This document shows, piece after piece, positions 10,425 to 19,768 of a DNA stretch of 64,000 bases. Each line of letters opens with the position of its first letter. Within the stretch, counting starts at the first letter, position 1. The DNA comes from Marinagarivorans sp. (lineage in GTDB: Bacteria > Pseudomonadota > Gammaproteobacteria > Pseudomonadales > Cellvibrionaceae). The stretch lies in assembly GCA_036554385.1 (NCBI GenBank), contig DATBNJ010000182.1, positions 745-64,744 on the forward strand, written 5' to 3'. The notes under the pieces are model-generated. The model was not told the origin of the DNA. It saw only the letters and a list, made by a program, of their open reading frames with translations, and searched no databases. Made by a program: the position numbers and the translations under genes.

Positions 10425-13055
10425 ATGCGAATAGATCGATTAACTAATCAACTTCAGATGGCGTTGTCCGATGCGCAGTCGTTGGCTGTGGGGCGCGATC
10501 ACGCCCATATGGATAGCGTGCACCTTTTACAAGCTATGCTGGATCAGCAAGGTGGCGCTGTGAGGCCTTTACTGGCCCAGGCGGGGTTTGACGTCCCGGG
10601 GTTGCGCAACGCGTTAACTAAAGCCTTAGAGGATTTGCCCAAAATTAACAATCCCACTGGCGATGTGCACATGTCGCCCGATTTAGGGCGCCTGTTAAAT
10701 TTGGCCGATAAAGCCGCGCAACAGGCTGGTGATAAATTTATTTCGAGCGAATCGGTATTGCTAGCCGCCGTCGGCGATGGCAATTCGGGGCTCGGCCAGT
10801 TGCTGAAAAAATTCGGCAGCGAGGCGCAGTTAAAAGCCGCCATAGAAAAAGTGCGCGGCGGCGAAAAAATTGAAGATGCCGACGCCGAAGGCAACCGTCA
10901 AGCACTCGAGAAATATACCGTCGATTTGACCGCACGCGCCGAAGCCGGCAAGCTCGATCCGGTTATTGGCCGTGACGATGAAATTCGCCGCACGATTCAG
11001 GTGTTACAGCGCCGTACCAAAAATAATCCAGTGCTAATCGGCGAGCCGGGCGTAGGCAAGACGGCAATTGTCGAAGGTTTGGCGCAGCGCATTGTCAACG
11101 GTGAGGTGCCCGAAGGGCTTAAAGGAAAGCGGTTGTTATCGTTAGATTTAGGTTCGTTATTAGCGGGTGCAAAATTCCGCGGCGAATTTGAAGAGCGCCT
11201 AAAAAACCTGCTGAAAGAGCTCGGCAAACAAGAAGGGCGCATTATTCTTTTCATCGATGAGCTGCACACCATGGTCGGTGCCGGCAAAGGCGATGGCGCC
11301 CTCGACGCCGGCAATATGTTGAAGCCAGCACTGGCGCGCGGTGAATTGCATTGCGTGGGCGCAACGACGCTGGACGAGTATCGCCAGTACATTGAAAAAG
11401 ACGCGGCCCTTGAGCGCCGTTTTCAAAAGGTGTTGGTGGATGAGCCTAGTGAGGAAGATACCATTGCCATTTTGCGCGGCCTAAAAGAGCGCTACGAGGT
11501 CCACCACGGGGTGGATATTTCCGACTCGGCCATCGTTGCGGCGGCGAGATTGTCTCAGCGGTATATTACCGACCGGCAGTTGCCCGATAAAGCCATTGAT
11601 TTAATTGACGAGGCCGGCAGCCGCATCCGCATGGAAATAGACTCCAAGCCGGAGCAAATGGATCGCTTAGAGCGCCGTTTAATTCAATTAAAAATTGAGC
11701 GCGAAGCGGTTAAAAAGGATGACGACGAGGCGGCAAAAAAACGTTTGTATAAAATCGATGAGGATATCGACACTGCGGAGCGAGAATATGCGGATCTCGA
11801 CGAAATTTGGCGCGCTGAAAAAGCCGCTTTGCAAGGCTCGCAGGGGGTCAAAACGCAGTTAGAGCAAGCGCGTTTTGATTTAGAGGCGGCACGCCGTGCC
11901 AGTGATTTAGCGCGCATGTCTGAATTGCAATATGGCGTTATTCCCGAGCTCGAAAAACAGCTCGATATGGCCAGTCACGCCGAAATGCTCGATATGAAAT
12001 TACTGCGCAACCGAGTCACCGACGAAGAAATTGCCGAGGTTGTGTCCAAGTGGACAGGAATCCCCGTGTCTAAAATGCTAGAAGGCGAGCGCGACAAGTT
12101 ACTGGCGATGGAAGATATGCTGCACAGCCGTGTGGTGGGGCAGAAAGAGGCGGTAAAAGCGGTAGCCGACGCGGTTAGGCGCAGCCGGGCTGGTCTATCT
12201 GACCCCAATCGTCCGAACGGCTCCTTTTTGTTTTTGGGGCCTACTGGGGTGGGTAAAACGGAGCTGTGTAAAGCCTTGGCAGAGTTTTTATTTGACACGT
12301 CCGATTCGGTCATCCGCATTGATATGTCCGAGTTTATGGAGAAACACTCGGTGGCGCGGTTAGTGGGCGCTCCTCCCGGATACGTCGGCTATGAAGAGGG
12401 CGGATACTTAACCGAGGCGGTGCGACGCAAGCCTTATTCGGTAGTATTGTTAGACGAGGTTGAAAAGGCGCATCCCGATGTCTTTAATATTTTGCTACAG
12501 GTGCTTGATGATGGTCGCTTGACTGATGGCCACGGCCGCACGGTCGATTTTAAAAACACCGTGATTGTGATGACCTCCAACTTGGGTAGCGATATCATCC
12601 AAGAGCTGGCTAACAATAAATCGTTTGATGTAGTGAGCTTTGAGGGCGAAATTGCCGAATCGGACTCTAACTCACACCGTTACAACGCCATGCGCGAAGC
12701 GGTTATGGAGGTGGTTGGCCGCCACTTTAGGCCGGAATTTATCAACCGCGTCGACGAGGCGGTCGTATTCCACCCCTTGGGTCGCAGCCAAATTCGCTCG
12801 ATTGCCTCCATACAGCTTGAACACTTGCGCAAGCGCCTTGCCGAGCGCGAGTTGACACTTGAGTTGTCTGATGAGGTGATGGATCGATTGGCAGCGGTGG
12901 GCTTTGACCCAGTGTTTGGCGCGAGACCACTTAAGCGTGCCATTGTACAGATGGTTGAAAATCCCTTGGCGCAATCGATGTTGGCTGGCGAGTTTTTGCC
13001 AGGCGATCACATTACTGCGGTAATGGATGGTGAGCAGGTGGCTTTTAGTAAATAG
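10425..13055 (+). CDS. clpB: ATP-dependent disaggregase ClpB
   Basis: Starts [11 protein letters not shown]; Walker A GEPGVGKT and GPTGVGKT, middle coiled-coil domain, [16 protein letters not shown]. Start refined from 10347. Confidence 0.98.
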   Translation: MRIDRLTNQLQMALSDAQSLAVGRDHAHMDSVHLLQAMLDQQGGAVRPLLAQAGFDVPGLRNALTKALEDLPKINNPTGDVHMSPDLGRLLNLADKAAQQAGDKFISSESVLLAAVGDGNSGLGQLLKKFGSEAQLKAAIEKVRGGEKIEDADAEGNRQALEKYTVDLTARAEAGKLDPVIGRDDEIRRTIQVLQRRTKNNPVLIGEPGVGKTAIVEGLAQRIVNGEVPEGLKGKRLLSLDLGSLLAGAKFRGEFEERLKNLLKELGKQEGRIILFIDELHTMVGAGKGDGALDAGNMLKPALARGELHCVGATTLDEYRQYIEKDAALERRFQKVLVDEPSEEDTIAILRGLKERYEVHHGVDISDSAIVAAARLSQRYITDRQLPDKAIDLIDEAGSRIRMEIDSKPEQMDRLERRLIQLKIEREAVKKDDDEAAKKRLYKIDEDIDTAEREYADLDEIWRAEKAALQGSQGVKTQLEQARFDLEAARRASDLARMSELQYGVIPELEKQLDMASHAEMLDMKLLRNRVTDEEIAEVVSKWTGIPVSKMLEGERDKLLAMEDMLHSRVVGQKEAVKAVADAVRRSRAGLSDPNRPNGSFLFLGPTGVGKTELCKALAEFLFDTSDSVIRIDMSEFMEKHSVARLVGAPPGYVGYEEGGYLTEAVRRKPYSVVLLDEVEKAHPDVFNILLQVLDDGRLTDGHGRTVDFKNTVIVMTSNLGSDIIQELANNKSFDVVSFEGEIAESDSNSHRYNAMREAVMEVVGRHFRPEFINRVDEAVVFHPLGRSQIRSIASIQLEHLRKRLAERELTLELSDEVMDRLAAVGFDPVFGARPLKRAIVQMVENPLAQSMLAGEFLPGDHITAVMDGEQVAFSK

Positions 13056-13079
13056 CACCTAGGTAAATAGCGCCGAATA

Positions 13080-13110
13080 AGTGCGCGGCTGAGCAGGCCG
13101 CGCACTATTG
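13080..13110 (+). terminator. Hairpin after clpB, probable terminator between convergent genes
   Basis: AGTGCGCGGC (13080-13089) / GCCGCGCACT (13097-13106), then ATTGTTT. Confidence 0.6.
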
Positions 13111-13211
13111 TTTGCCGTTTTGCATGGCCGCAAAATGTTCCATTACGTTATGCTTGGTCCTAAAGCGCCAAGCACAGCTAAATTGCGGGGCCCTTGCTGA
13201 ATTGCCTGAGC

Positions 13212-13643
13212 CTATTCACAGCTTTCGCTAATCGCTTGTCGCGATTTTTGCATTTCTTGTTGAATCTGCCGCTCATCAAGGTAATAAAAGCCGCCGTCAG
13301 GGTTTTGCATGCGAATTCGTGCACCGGACGACAACTGCTTTAAGCGGTTTTGTTCAGCAGTACAGCGCGCCGGATCTTGGCCGATTTTGGCTTTAGGCTC
13401 GTCTACCAATGCCTCTTGCTCGGCACTTTCGGCCGCATCGACTTCTTCAGTGGTGGGGGGTCTTGCACTCGTTTTGACTTTTTCAGCGGTGGCCTCTTTG
13501 GGTGGGCGCTCTGAAAAGTGCGACACTCCGTTTTCGTCAACCCATTTGTAGTACTCACCGGCCGTGCTCGGCATTGCGATCAACGCTAAGCCCAGCGCCG
13601 CGATAGCGCTGCAGCAATGGTTTTTCATGTGAATGATTTTCAT
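13212..13643 (-). CDS. DUF4124-domain secreted protein
   Basis: Signal peptide, then YYKWVDENGVSHFSERPP (DUF4124 motif) and a C-terminal Cys pair. ATG 13643 follows GAGGG. Confidence 0.85.
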   Translation of the reverse strand: MKIIHMKNHCCSAIAALGLALIAMPSTAGEYYKWVDENGVSHFSERPPKEATAEKVKTSARPPTTEEVDAAESAEQEALVDEPKAKIGQDPARCTAEQNRLKQLSSGARIRMQNPDGGFYYLDERQIQQEMQKSRQAISESCE

Positions 13644-13736
13644 AAATTGCCCTCGGTATCTAGCCGCATGGTAGCGGCTAGTCCAACATACAGAAGTGAT
13701 TGACTTCAAGCTTATATGAAAATCCAGGTGACCGCC

Positions 13737-15137
13737 TCACTTCTCAGCGGGTAGACCAACCAGTCGTTCCTTATTTAACCACTGATCCAGTTGTACGAGA
13801 TCTTGTGCGCTCAAAGTGCCTGCCGCTTGTTTAAGGCGTAGGCCCGACAATACGTAGTCGTACAGGGTGCTTAAAAAGTTGCGCTTCGCATCATACACGC
13901 GGCGTTGCGCATTGAGTACGTCAACAAGGTTTCGCGTGCCGACGTCGTAACCGGCTTTAGTGGCTTCAAGAGCACTTTCGTTCGAAACGATGGCCTGCTG
14001 GCGGGCGTGCACTGTTGCCACGCCGGTATTAACCCGCTGGTGCAAAGAGCGTGTTTGTTGGGTAACGCTGCGCTCGATCAGGTTGATGGTTTCTTTGGCT
14101 GCCACTTGCTGATTAGCCGCCTGCTGACGCACTGCCGAGGTGCGACCGCCGGTGAAAATGGGCAGTGACAAGGTCACGGTAGCAGATGTGCCCGCAGAGT
14201 CTCCGACGTCACTGGGTAAGTCACCGTCGTTGTCAGTGTCGCTGTAACCTAGGCGAGCGCTCAAGGTGGGCAAATGGCCACTGCGCGCCACCTTGTAGTT
14301 GGTTTCGGCAATTTCAAAGCGCTTTTGCGCACTGAGTAAATCGAGGTTGGCTTCTTTTGCCATTTCGACCCAGCTTTCGCGGTCGGCAGGCTCAGGGGGA
14401 GTCACTGGGAAAGTGCTTTTAAGCGGCGCAACCTGTTTGTGTGGCGAGCCGGTCAGTACTTCGAGCGCCTCAAAGGCAATAACGAGAGCGCCTTCGCTAA
14501 TTAAGCGGTTAGCCTTGGCGGAGTCGTATTGAGCTTGCGCTTCGTGGACTTCGGTGATGGCGGTAAGGCCTACCTCAAAACGCTGTTTGGTTTGCTCTAG
14601 GCTATGGGATAGGGCGTCTTCTTCGGCGATGGCGGTTTCTAAGTCGTCGATGGCTTTTAAACTGTCAAAATAGGCTTCGGCGGTGCGAAGAATTAAGGCT
14701 TGCTCTTCGCTTCTAAAGGTAACCTCACTCAATTCGGTTAGGCCCTTGCCGCTTTTATATTGGTACCAAGCCGCAGCATTAAATAGTGGTTGGTCTAACT
14801 GCGCTGATAAATTAGTGGTGTCTGTTTTTCGGTCGAAATCAAGCGTACCGTAGGCTAAAGGATCTGTCGTTTCTAGTCGTGTTGTCGTGCCGGAAATATC
14901 GTTTTCGGTATAGCTAGCGCTGGCGCTTATTTGGGGCAGCAAGCCAGCGCGGTTAACGTTTTTAGCGAGGCGATCGGCTTCATAGTTGGCTTGCGCAACG
15001 CGGTATTCCGCGTCGTTTTGCACGGCCAAGCGATAAATTTCGGCCAGTGAATCCGAGTAAGCGGACGACGGCGTCAAAAGGCCAAGGGTAGAAAAAGCTA
15101 TAGCAAGCTTGAGTGGAACGAAAGGCTTTAGCGGCAT
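13737..15137 (-). CDS. tolC: TolC-family outer membrane channel
   Basis: Signal peptide, DSLAEIYRLAVQNDAEY, GLLPQI, RFEVGLTAITEVHEAQA, GYDVGTRNLVDVLNAQR. Confidence 0.93.
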   Translation of the reverse strand: MPLKPFVPLKLAIAFSTLGLLTPSSAYSDSLAEIYRLAVQNDAEYRVAQANYEADRLAKNVNRAGLLPQISASASYTENDISGTTTRLETTDPLAYGTLDFDRKTDTTNLSAQLDQPLFNAAAWYQYKSGKGLTELSEVTFRSEEQALILRTAEAYFDSLKAIDDLETAIAEEDALSHSLEQTKQRFEVGLTAITEVHEAQAQYDSAKANRLISEGALVIAFEALEVLTGSPHKQVAPLKSTFPVTPPEPADRESWVEMAKEANLDLLSAQKRFEIAETNYKVARSGHLPTLSARLGYSDTDNDGDLPSDVGDSAGTSATVTLSLPIFTGGRTSAVRQQAANQQVAAKETINLIERSVTQQTRSLHQRVNTGVATVHARQQAIVSNESALEATKAGYDVGTRNLVDVLNAQRRVYDAKRNFLSTLYDYVLSGLRLKQAAGTLSAQDLVQLDQWLNKERLVGLPAEK

Positions 15138-15328
15138 GGGGCGATCCTTTTGGTGTCATATGAGTCCCGCATTGAGGGAATGCACGGCGTCGAAAATACA
15201 AATGATTAAAAACGGATTTAACTATTAAGTAAGCTAAGCCACGCTATTTTAGCGTTGGACAGGCAACTCATTTTTTTACCGGGCGTCGTGGAACGATACG
15301 ACCGTTTGAATAACTTACTATACCTAGG

Positions 15329-15682
15329 CTACGCAAAGGTATCTACCGAGGCGCCTAGCTTTAATGATGGTTGAGTGATAGCTGCAAACACCGCTAGAGG
15401 AGCGCGCGCGGGTATGACCGGTTTAGCGCCAAAAAGTTGCTCGTTGTCTTGTACGGGCTTCGCTTCGAGTTGGCTCTGTTGGCGTTGCTGGTTAGCCTCA
15501 GATGCGGCTTGCGGCGATAACGATTCCGATGGCGCTGCAGTGCGCTGAGCCCGCTCGGTGTGGGAGCTGAGTTTTTCGCCTTCGATAACCAGCGGCTGCC
15601 TCGGCTCGCGATTAACTGGCCGATTACCGCTCGATGAGTAAGCAAAAGAAGAGTACTGCGAGTTATTGATCGAAACATTCAT
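15329..15682 (-). CDS. Hypothetical low-complexity protein with C-terminal LGASVDTFA motif
   Basis: 117 aa Ser/Gln/Pro-rich ORF that fills the gap between tolC and the next gene. Confidence 0.6.
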   Translation of the reverse strand: MNVSINNSQYSSFAYSSSGNRPVNREPRQPLVIEGEKLSSHTERAQRTAAPSESLSPQAASEANQQRQQSQLEAKPVQDNEQLFGAKPVIPARAPLAVFAAITQPSLKLGASVDTFA

Positions 15683-15863
15683 GGGGCAAGTCGGCCTGTC
15701 GTTACAACCCTAAGTGCTGCAACCCTAAGTATAGACGCTCGCCATTTTACGGCGAATACGCAGCTTGTCCAATACCGATGACTTAGCTGCCGGCGGCGTT
15801 GCTCGCGCTTGGATGGCAGTTTGCCTACAATAAAACCTTTATATCAGACTTTAGGGATATTTT

Positions 15864-16847
15864 ATGGGCGACTTTTTGCGAATCACACCTCCCACTATCA
15901 GCCTACGTTATGGCCGGCAGCTATTGATGGCCGCCATGGCGCTATGCGCTGGCACGCAAAGCTGGGCGCAAGCCTCGGCCGAGCAACCGTTCCTCCTTGA
16001 GGTGCTGGCGGGTTGCCCAGCGCACAGCCCCGACGCTTCCGAATTCGTAGTCTACGACGGCCGCACAAATCTTTTGCAAGGCTGGAATCAAGCGTCGGCG
16101 CATCAGACTTATGCCGCGCTTAAAAGGGCTCCCTCTGACTACGCGGTCGATAATAGCGGATGGCGGTTAATACAAGAGTGTGGTCAAGAAAAAGTGTTTA
16201 GTGCGCTATTGGTGAAAAAGCTGGGCAATTGGCAAGGCAACCATGTGAATGGCATCGAGCCGCTGTTTGAACGAGCTCCGATAGCATTGGGTGATATCGA
16301 TGCGGTGATTCTGGAGTTAAAGCTCGACCGTGCGCAATCATCGCTGCCGAAGCGAGCGGCATTTCACGCGCACTTCGCTTTTGCAGCCTCGCCGGAGCAG
16401 TTAAACAGCGTGGATCAGCAGGACTTCAATTTTGGCATTACGCTGTTCGACGCGGGTTTTCGGGATCAAGCTGTTGCTACGGTTAACGCCCAAACGCGCA
16501 TAGCGCTCGAGCCCGACATCTACGGAGATCAGTGGCTGCGAGTGACCATACCCGTCGACCAAATGGCTACGTATTTGGAGCAGCACTATGCACCTACCGA
16601 CATCGCGTTAAAGGATTACGCCGATACGCCCATTATTGGCCTGCGTATTAACCCCGAGACCCACAGCGGTAAAGTGGTGCGAAACATCAACGGTGCCCCT
16701 TGGCAGGGCGAGCAAGAAAAAGCGGTCGCCCAAAACGAAATGTTTAAAGAGATGGCCGTGCAGTTACGCAAAGTGGCTTTGCGACTAAAACCCGAGCGCG
16801 AGGTATCGCCGCAAGCGCTGGCAATACCTCGCGAAGTGGCTAAATAG
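15864..16847 (+). CDS. Secreted hypothetical protein, possibly a carbohydrate-binding beta-sandwich
   Basis: 327 aa with an A-x-A signal peptide (SWAQA) and AGGGA upstream. No catalytic motif recognised. Confidence 0.7.
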   Translation: MGDFLRITPPTISLRYGRQLLMAAMALCAGTQSWAQASAEQPFLLEVLAGCPAHSPDASEFVVYDGRTNLLQGWNQASAHQTYAALKRAPSDYAVDNSGWRLIQECGQEKVFSALLVKKLGNWQGNHVNGIEPLFERAPIALGDIDAVILELKLDRAQSSLPKRAAFHAHFAFAASPEQLNSVDQQDFNFGITLFDAGFRDQAVATVNAQTRIALEPDIYGDQWLRVTIPVDQMATYLEQHYAPTDIALKDYADTPIIGLRINPETHSGKVVRNINGAPWQGEQEKAVAQNEMFKEMAVQLRKVALRLKPEREVSPQALAIPREVAK

Positions 16848-16853
16848 CTGGTG

Positions 16854-17174
16854 CTACAGCGGGTTGCAGCCCTGTGCTGATAAGGCAATATTGGCGCTGG
16901 ATTTTGCGGTGTCGAAGTATTTGGCGCCGCTGCCGCCGGTGTATGGAATACCAATCGAAGCTGACAGCTCTTTAGCCGCGTCGATCGACATCTTGTCTCG
17001 GTCATAGGCGTTAAAGGTGTTGTAGATTTGGTCGCAGCTAAAGGCACCAAACCCCTGTCTGGAGGCGTCCACCATGGCGCCGGAGGTTTCGCAGCCGCTT
17101 AGCGTTGCACTCGTGATGCCAAAAGCAAGTGCCAAGGTGCCTCGGCGGAGGGTTGTTGTTAGAGTGTTAGACAT
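16854..17174 (-). CDS. Small hypothetical lipoprotein
   Basis: Lipobox LSG-C, two further Cys residues, and GAGGA upstream of the start. Confidence 0.75.
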   Translation of the reverse strand: MSNTLTTTLRRGTLALAFGITSATLSGCETSGAMVDASRQGFGAFSCDQIYNTFNAYDRDKMSIDAAKELSASIGIPYTGGSGAKYFDTAKSSANIALSAQGCNPL

Positions 17175-17283
17175 AGTGTTTTCCTCAATGGTCTGTTACA
17201 TCCAAATGGTCATTTACGGTGTTAGCTACCGGCAATGTTATCGGTTATTTTTAGGCTTAGGGACTAGTTGCTATCGTTAACTA

Positions 17284-17461
17284 CCATCCATAGCGTTTTG
17301 CGGCGTCGTTTTTTGTGGGTATCTGACCGCTAAGGACGGAGGAAATGCAAACCGATGGCCTAAGCGAGCTTTGCCCCTACGCCGCGTGACCTGAGCCTTC
17401 GGGCGGCAGGCAGTGAGCATTACATAAAATTCCGCCTTTGGCATCTCGCAAGCGGTTTTTT
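17284..17461 (+). ncRNA. Candidate structured small RNA or leader (unassigned)
   Basis: 7-bp long-range stem 17300-17306/17379-17385, cUUCGg hairpin 17390-17410, weak hairpin plus T6 at 17432-17461, and TGCTATCGT extended -10 at 17269-17277. No known family recognised. Confidence 0.3.
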
Positions 17462-17537
17462 GCCGTAAATCAACCCCCTGCAGGGGCCGCATTTAACGGT
17501 ATAATCGCGGCCCTTTTGGCCAAAGTATTAGCTTCGT

Positions 17538-19067
17538 ATGTTTTTTGTTCGTGAACGTTTGCACTTTTTCCGGCCTCTTACCACAAAGTACCGTCAGCAG
17601 GTGCTGGAGTGCCTGTGCCTGTTACATGAGCGCTTGTACGGTGCCACCGCCGAATACGGCCAGTCGCTGGGGCGCGATCAGGTGCTGGATATTTTCGAAG
17701 AGGCGCTAGCGCGGGCGCCGGTTTTGGAGGCGCTCGCCGGCGATGAGCTGCGCCTAGAGGGCGGGGAGCTGGAGTTTACCGAGCAGCGCTTTAAAAATCA
17801 CCGCGAACATGCCGGCTGGATTCTCAAATTGCTATTAGAATACGGTTGGCTCGAGCGCCAAGTGGATGGGGCGACCTTGCAATCGAGCTACCCGTTGTCG
17901 CGAGCGGGGCGGTTATTTATCGGTCCAATGGTGGAAATGGGCTCGCGCAGAGTGCGCACTCGCCACCGCAATACGCGCAATACCTTGAACGCGCTGGAGG
18001 CCTTCGCCAGCCGCGGTGAGATACATGACCTGCTCGATGCCTTTGAATATTCAGAGCGCATTATTACCGATTTCACGGATATTATTAGCGAGCTCGAAGA
18101 ACGCAAACGCGAACTGGTGCAAGAGGTCGAGTCTCAGCGCATTGTGCAGCAGGCGACCGAGCAATTTTTTGAATTTATGGAAAAGCGGTTTCAGCCCGAT
18201 GTATCTGTGCGCTTATCGGCCGATAGCGTAGAAAAGCATCGAGATCGCGTTTTTAAGGCTATTTCGCGCATTCGCCGCAAAGATAAAGCCTTTAAGCAAA
18301 TTGCCGAGCGGCGTTTGCGCGAACTGGCACCAGAGCTGATTCACGACGAGCGCCAGTCGGCTTTGTGGTACCTGCTCGATACCATCGATCAGCGCATGCG
18401 CCGCGCCGCGGATACCATGCTCCCCGCGCTGCGCTCGGCCTTGGCCGGTTTTACCAAACGGGCCGATATTATTATTCGCCAGCTCAGTTATTTAGCCAAT
18501 AGCACCCGGGACCCCTGGTTAGAGGCGTGCGACAACCTTCGCAAGCTGACGCCGCAGGAGGCCGAGCAGCGCCTTAGCCAACTGGGCGACTATTTGTCGG
18601 GTGTCAATGTGCGCTTAGTCGATCCAGCTCAAGTGCGGCTGACGACGCGCAAAAGTGCCGCGCCCGTTATGAGCGCGCTTGATGAGGAGCGCCCGCTAGA
18701 CCCAGCAGCGCAAAAAGAGCTGCTCATTCAGCAAATGTTAGATCAAGCATTTGTGATTAACGATAATCGCCAGCAGCAATATTTGCGCACCCATATTGAA
18801 GCGGCGTTGCGCAATGACCGGGCGATATCGACCTGTGACCTTCCGATCGAGAATGCCAGCGATTTACTGGCGGTTGCCCACGCTATTGAATCAGCCGCCC
18901 GACAGGCTCCCGAAGCCGATTACCGCTTTAGTGTTAAATATTTAAATCGGCAGTACCAAAATACCTTTTTTAGTTCGGCTGACGATTTTGAATTGTCGTT
19001 GAGCTACCACGCGCAACAAGGTGGTACGAGCCCTCAACCATTACCGGAGCAAGCTGATGATCAGTGA
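17538..19067 (+). CDS. jetA: Wadjet JetA / MksF-like kleisin subunit
   Basis: 509 aa, N-terminal FFRPLTxKYR, winged-helix-like LxxYGWL, long helical middle; first gene of a kleisin-KITE-SMC operon. Confidence 0.8.
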   Translation: MFFVRERLHFFRPLTTKYRQQVLECLCLLHERLYGATAEYGQSLGRDQVLDIFEEALARAPVLEALAGDELRLEGGELEFTEQRFKNHREHAGWILKLLLEYGWLERQVDGATLQSSYPLSRAGRLFIGPMVEMGSRRVRTRHRNTRNTLNALEAFASRGEIHDLLDAFEYSERIITDFTDIISELEERKRELVQEVESQRIVQQATEQFFEFMEKRFQPDVSVRLSADSVEKHRDRVFKAISRIRRKDKAFKQIAERRLRELAPELIHDERQSALWYLLDTIDQRMRRAADTMLPALRSALAGFTKRADIIIRQLSYLANSTRDPWLEACDNLRKLTPQEAEQRLSQLGDYLSGVNVRLVDPAQVRLTTRKSAAPVMSALDEERPLDPAAQKELLIQQMLDQAFVINDNRQQQYLRTHIEAALRNDRAISTCDLPIENASDLLAVAHAIESAARQAPEADYRFSVKYLNRQYQNTFFSSADDFELSLSYHAQQGGTSPQPLPEQADDQ

Positions 19068-19722
19068 TTATTTGCGCGGCCCGCTGAGCGAAAAAAATGT
19101 TTCCAACGAGGAATTTTCCGAGTTGCTTATTCGCTTATTGGATTACGGCGTATTATGCCGCGACGAAAATAATATCGAGCAACGACTGTACGATCGCTAC
19201 CTTCGCATCGAGCCGATGGTCGTCGACTTTATTAGCGTGTTGGGCATGCGCATTGAGCACAATGCCCGCTTTGGTTTTATTCGCGTGTATCCGCCCGGAG
19301 CGCAGGTGCCGAGCCTGCCCGATGACGAACATGCGCCGTTTAATAGCGGCTTTCGCCAGCGGCTCAATCAGTTTGAAGCCGCTTTGGCGATTATTCTACG
19401 TGTTGAATATGGTAAGCAGCTGCGTGAAGGCAAGGTCGACGAGCAAGGCGCTGTGCTGGCCAATATGGAGGCGATATCTATCGCTTTTCACAATCTGTTG
19501 AAAAAGAGCTTGCCGGAAAATATTACCGAGCGCCGCAACCTATTTCGCAAACTTCGCCAGCTTCGGGTGCTGCATTACCAAAGTGAAGAAGACTTAGACA
19601 GCCTAGAAGGTTGGGTCAAAATTCGGCCGTTGATTATGGGCTTTGTTGGCGATGCAGCGTTGGATGCCCTAGAGGCCCGAACTAATGAAGAGCTTGTTCA
19701 AGAAACGGTATTCGATAATTGA
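19057..19722 (+). CDS. jetB: Wadjet JetB / MksE-like KITE subunit (DUF4194-like)
   Basis: About 221 aa from ATG 19057, overlapping the jetA stop by 11 nt; LLDYGVL...YDRY and IILRVEYxxxLREG, typical of DUF4194-type proteins. Confidence 0.8.
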   Translation: MISDYLRGPLSEKNVSNEEFSELLIRLLDYGVLCRDENNIEQRLYDRYLRIEPMVVDFISVLGMRIEHNARFGFIRVYPPGAQVPSLPDDEHAPFNSGFRQRLNQFEAALAIILRVEYGKQLREGKVDEQGAVLANMEAISIAFHNLLKKSLPENITERRNLFRKLRQLRVLHYQSEEDLDSLEGWVKIRPLIMGFVGDAALDALEARTNEELVQETVFDN

Positions 19723-19768
19723 TCGATAACTGCAATGATTGTCGTGCCTGTAAAATTAAGAGTGTTGT

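Noticed and set aside
15686-15712. Sigma28 promoter (GCCGACTT) for the 117-aa protein
   Set aside because: There is no TAAA at the right spacing, and the -10-like element is only about 7 nt from the ATG.
17300-17420. Resemblance of the jetA-upstream element to c-di-GMP-I (GGCAAA, CCUCCG) or glycine (CCGAAGG..CUCAGG) riboswitches
   Set aside because: Neither strand has the full architecture. The conserved GCAAAG junction reads GCAUUU and there is no GNRA-capped P2; the glycine GGAGA motif and P3a are absent. Kept only as an unassigned structured element.
17277-17492. 71-aa minus-strand ORF as a possible jetD remnant or regulator
   Set aside because: It is on the wrong strand for the operon, has no Toprim (DxD) or HTH features and lacks an RBS.
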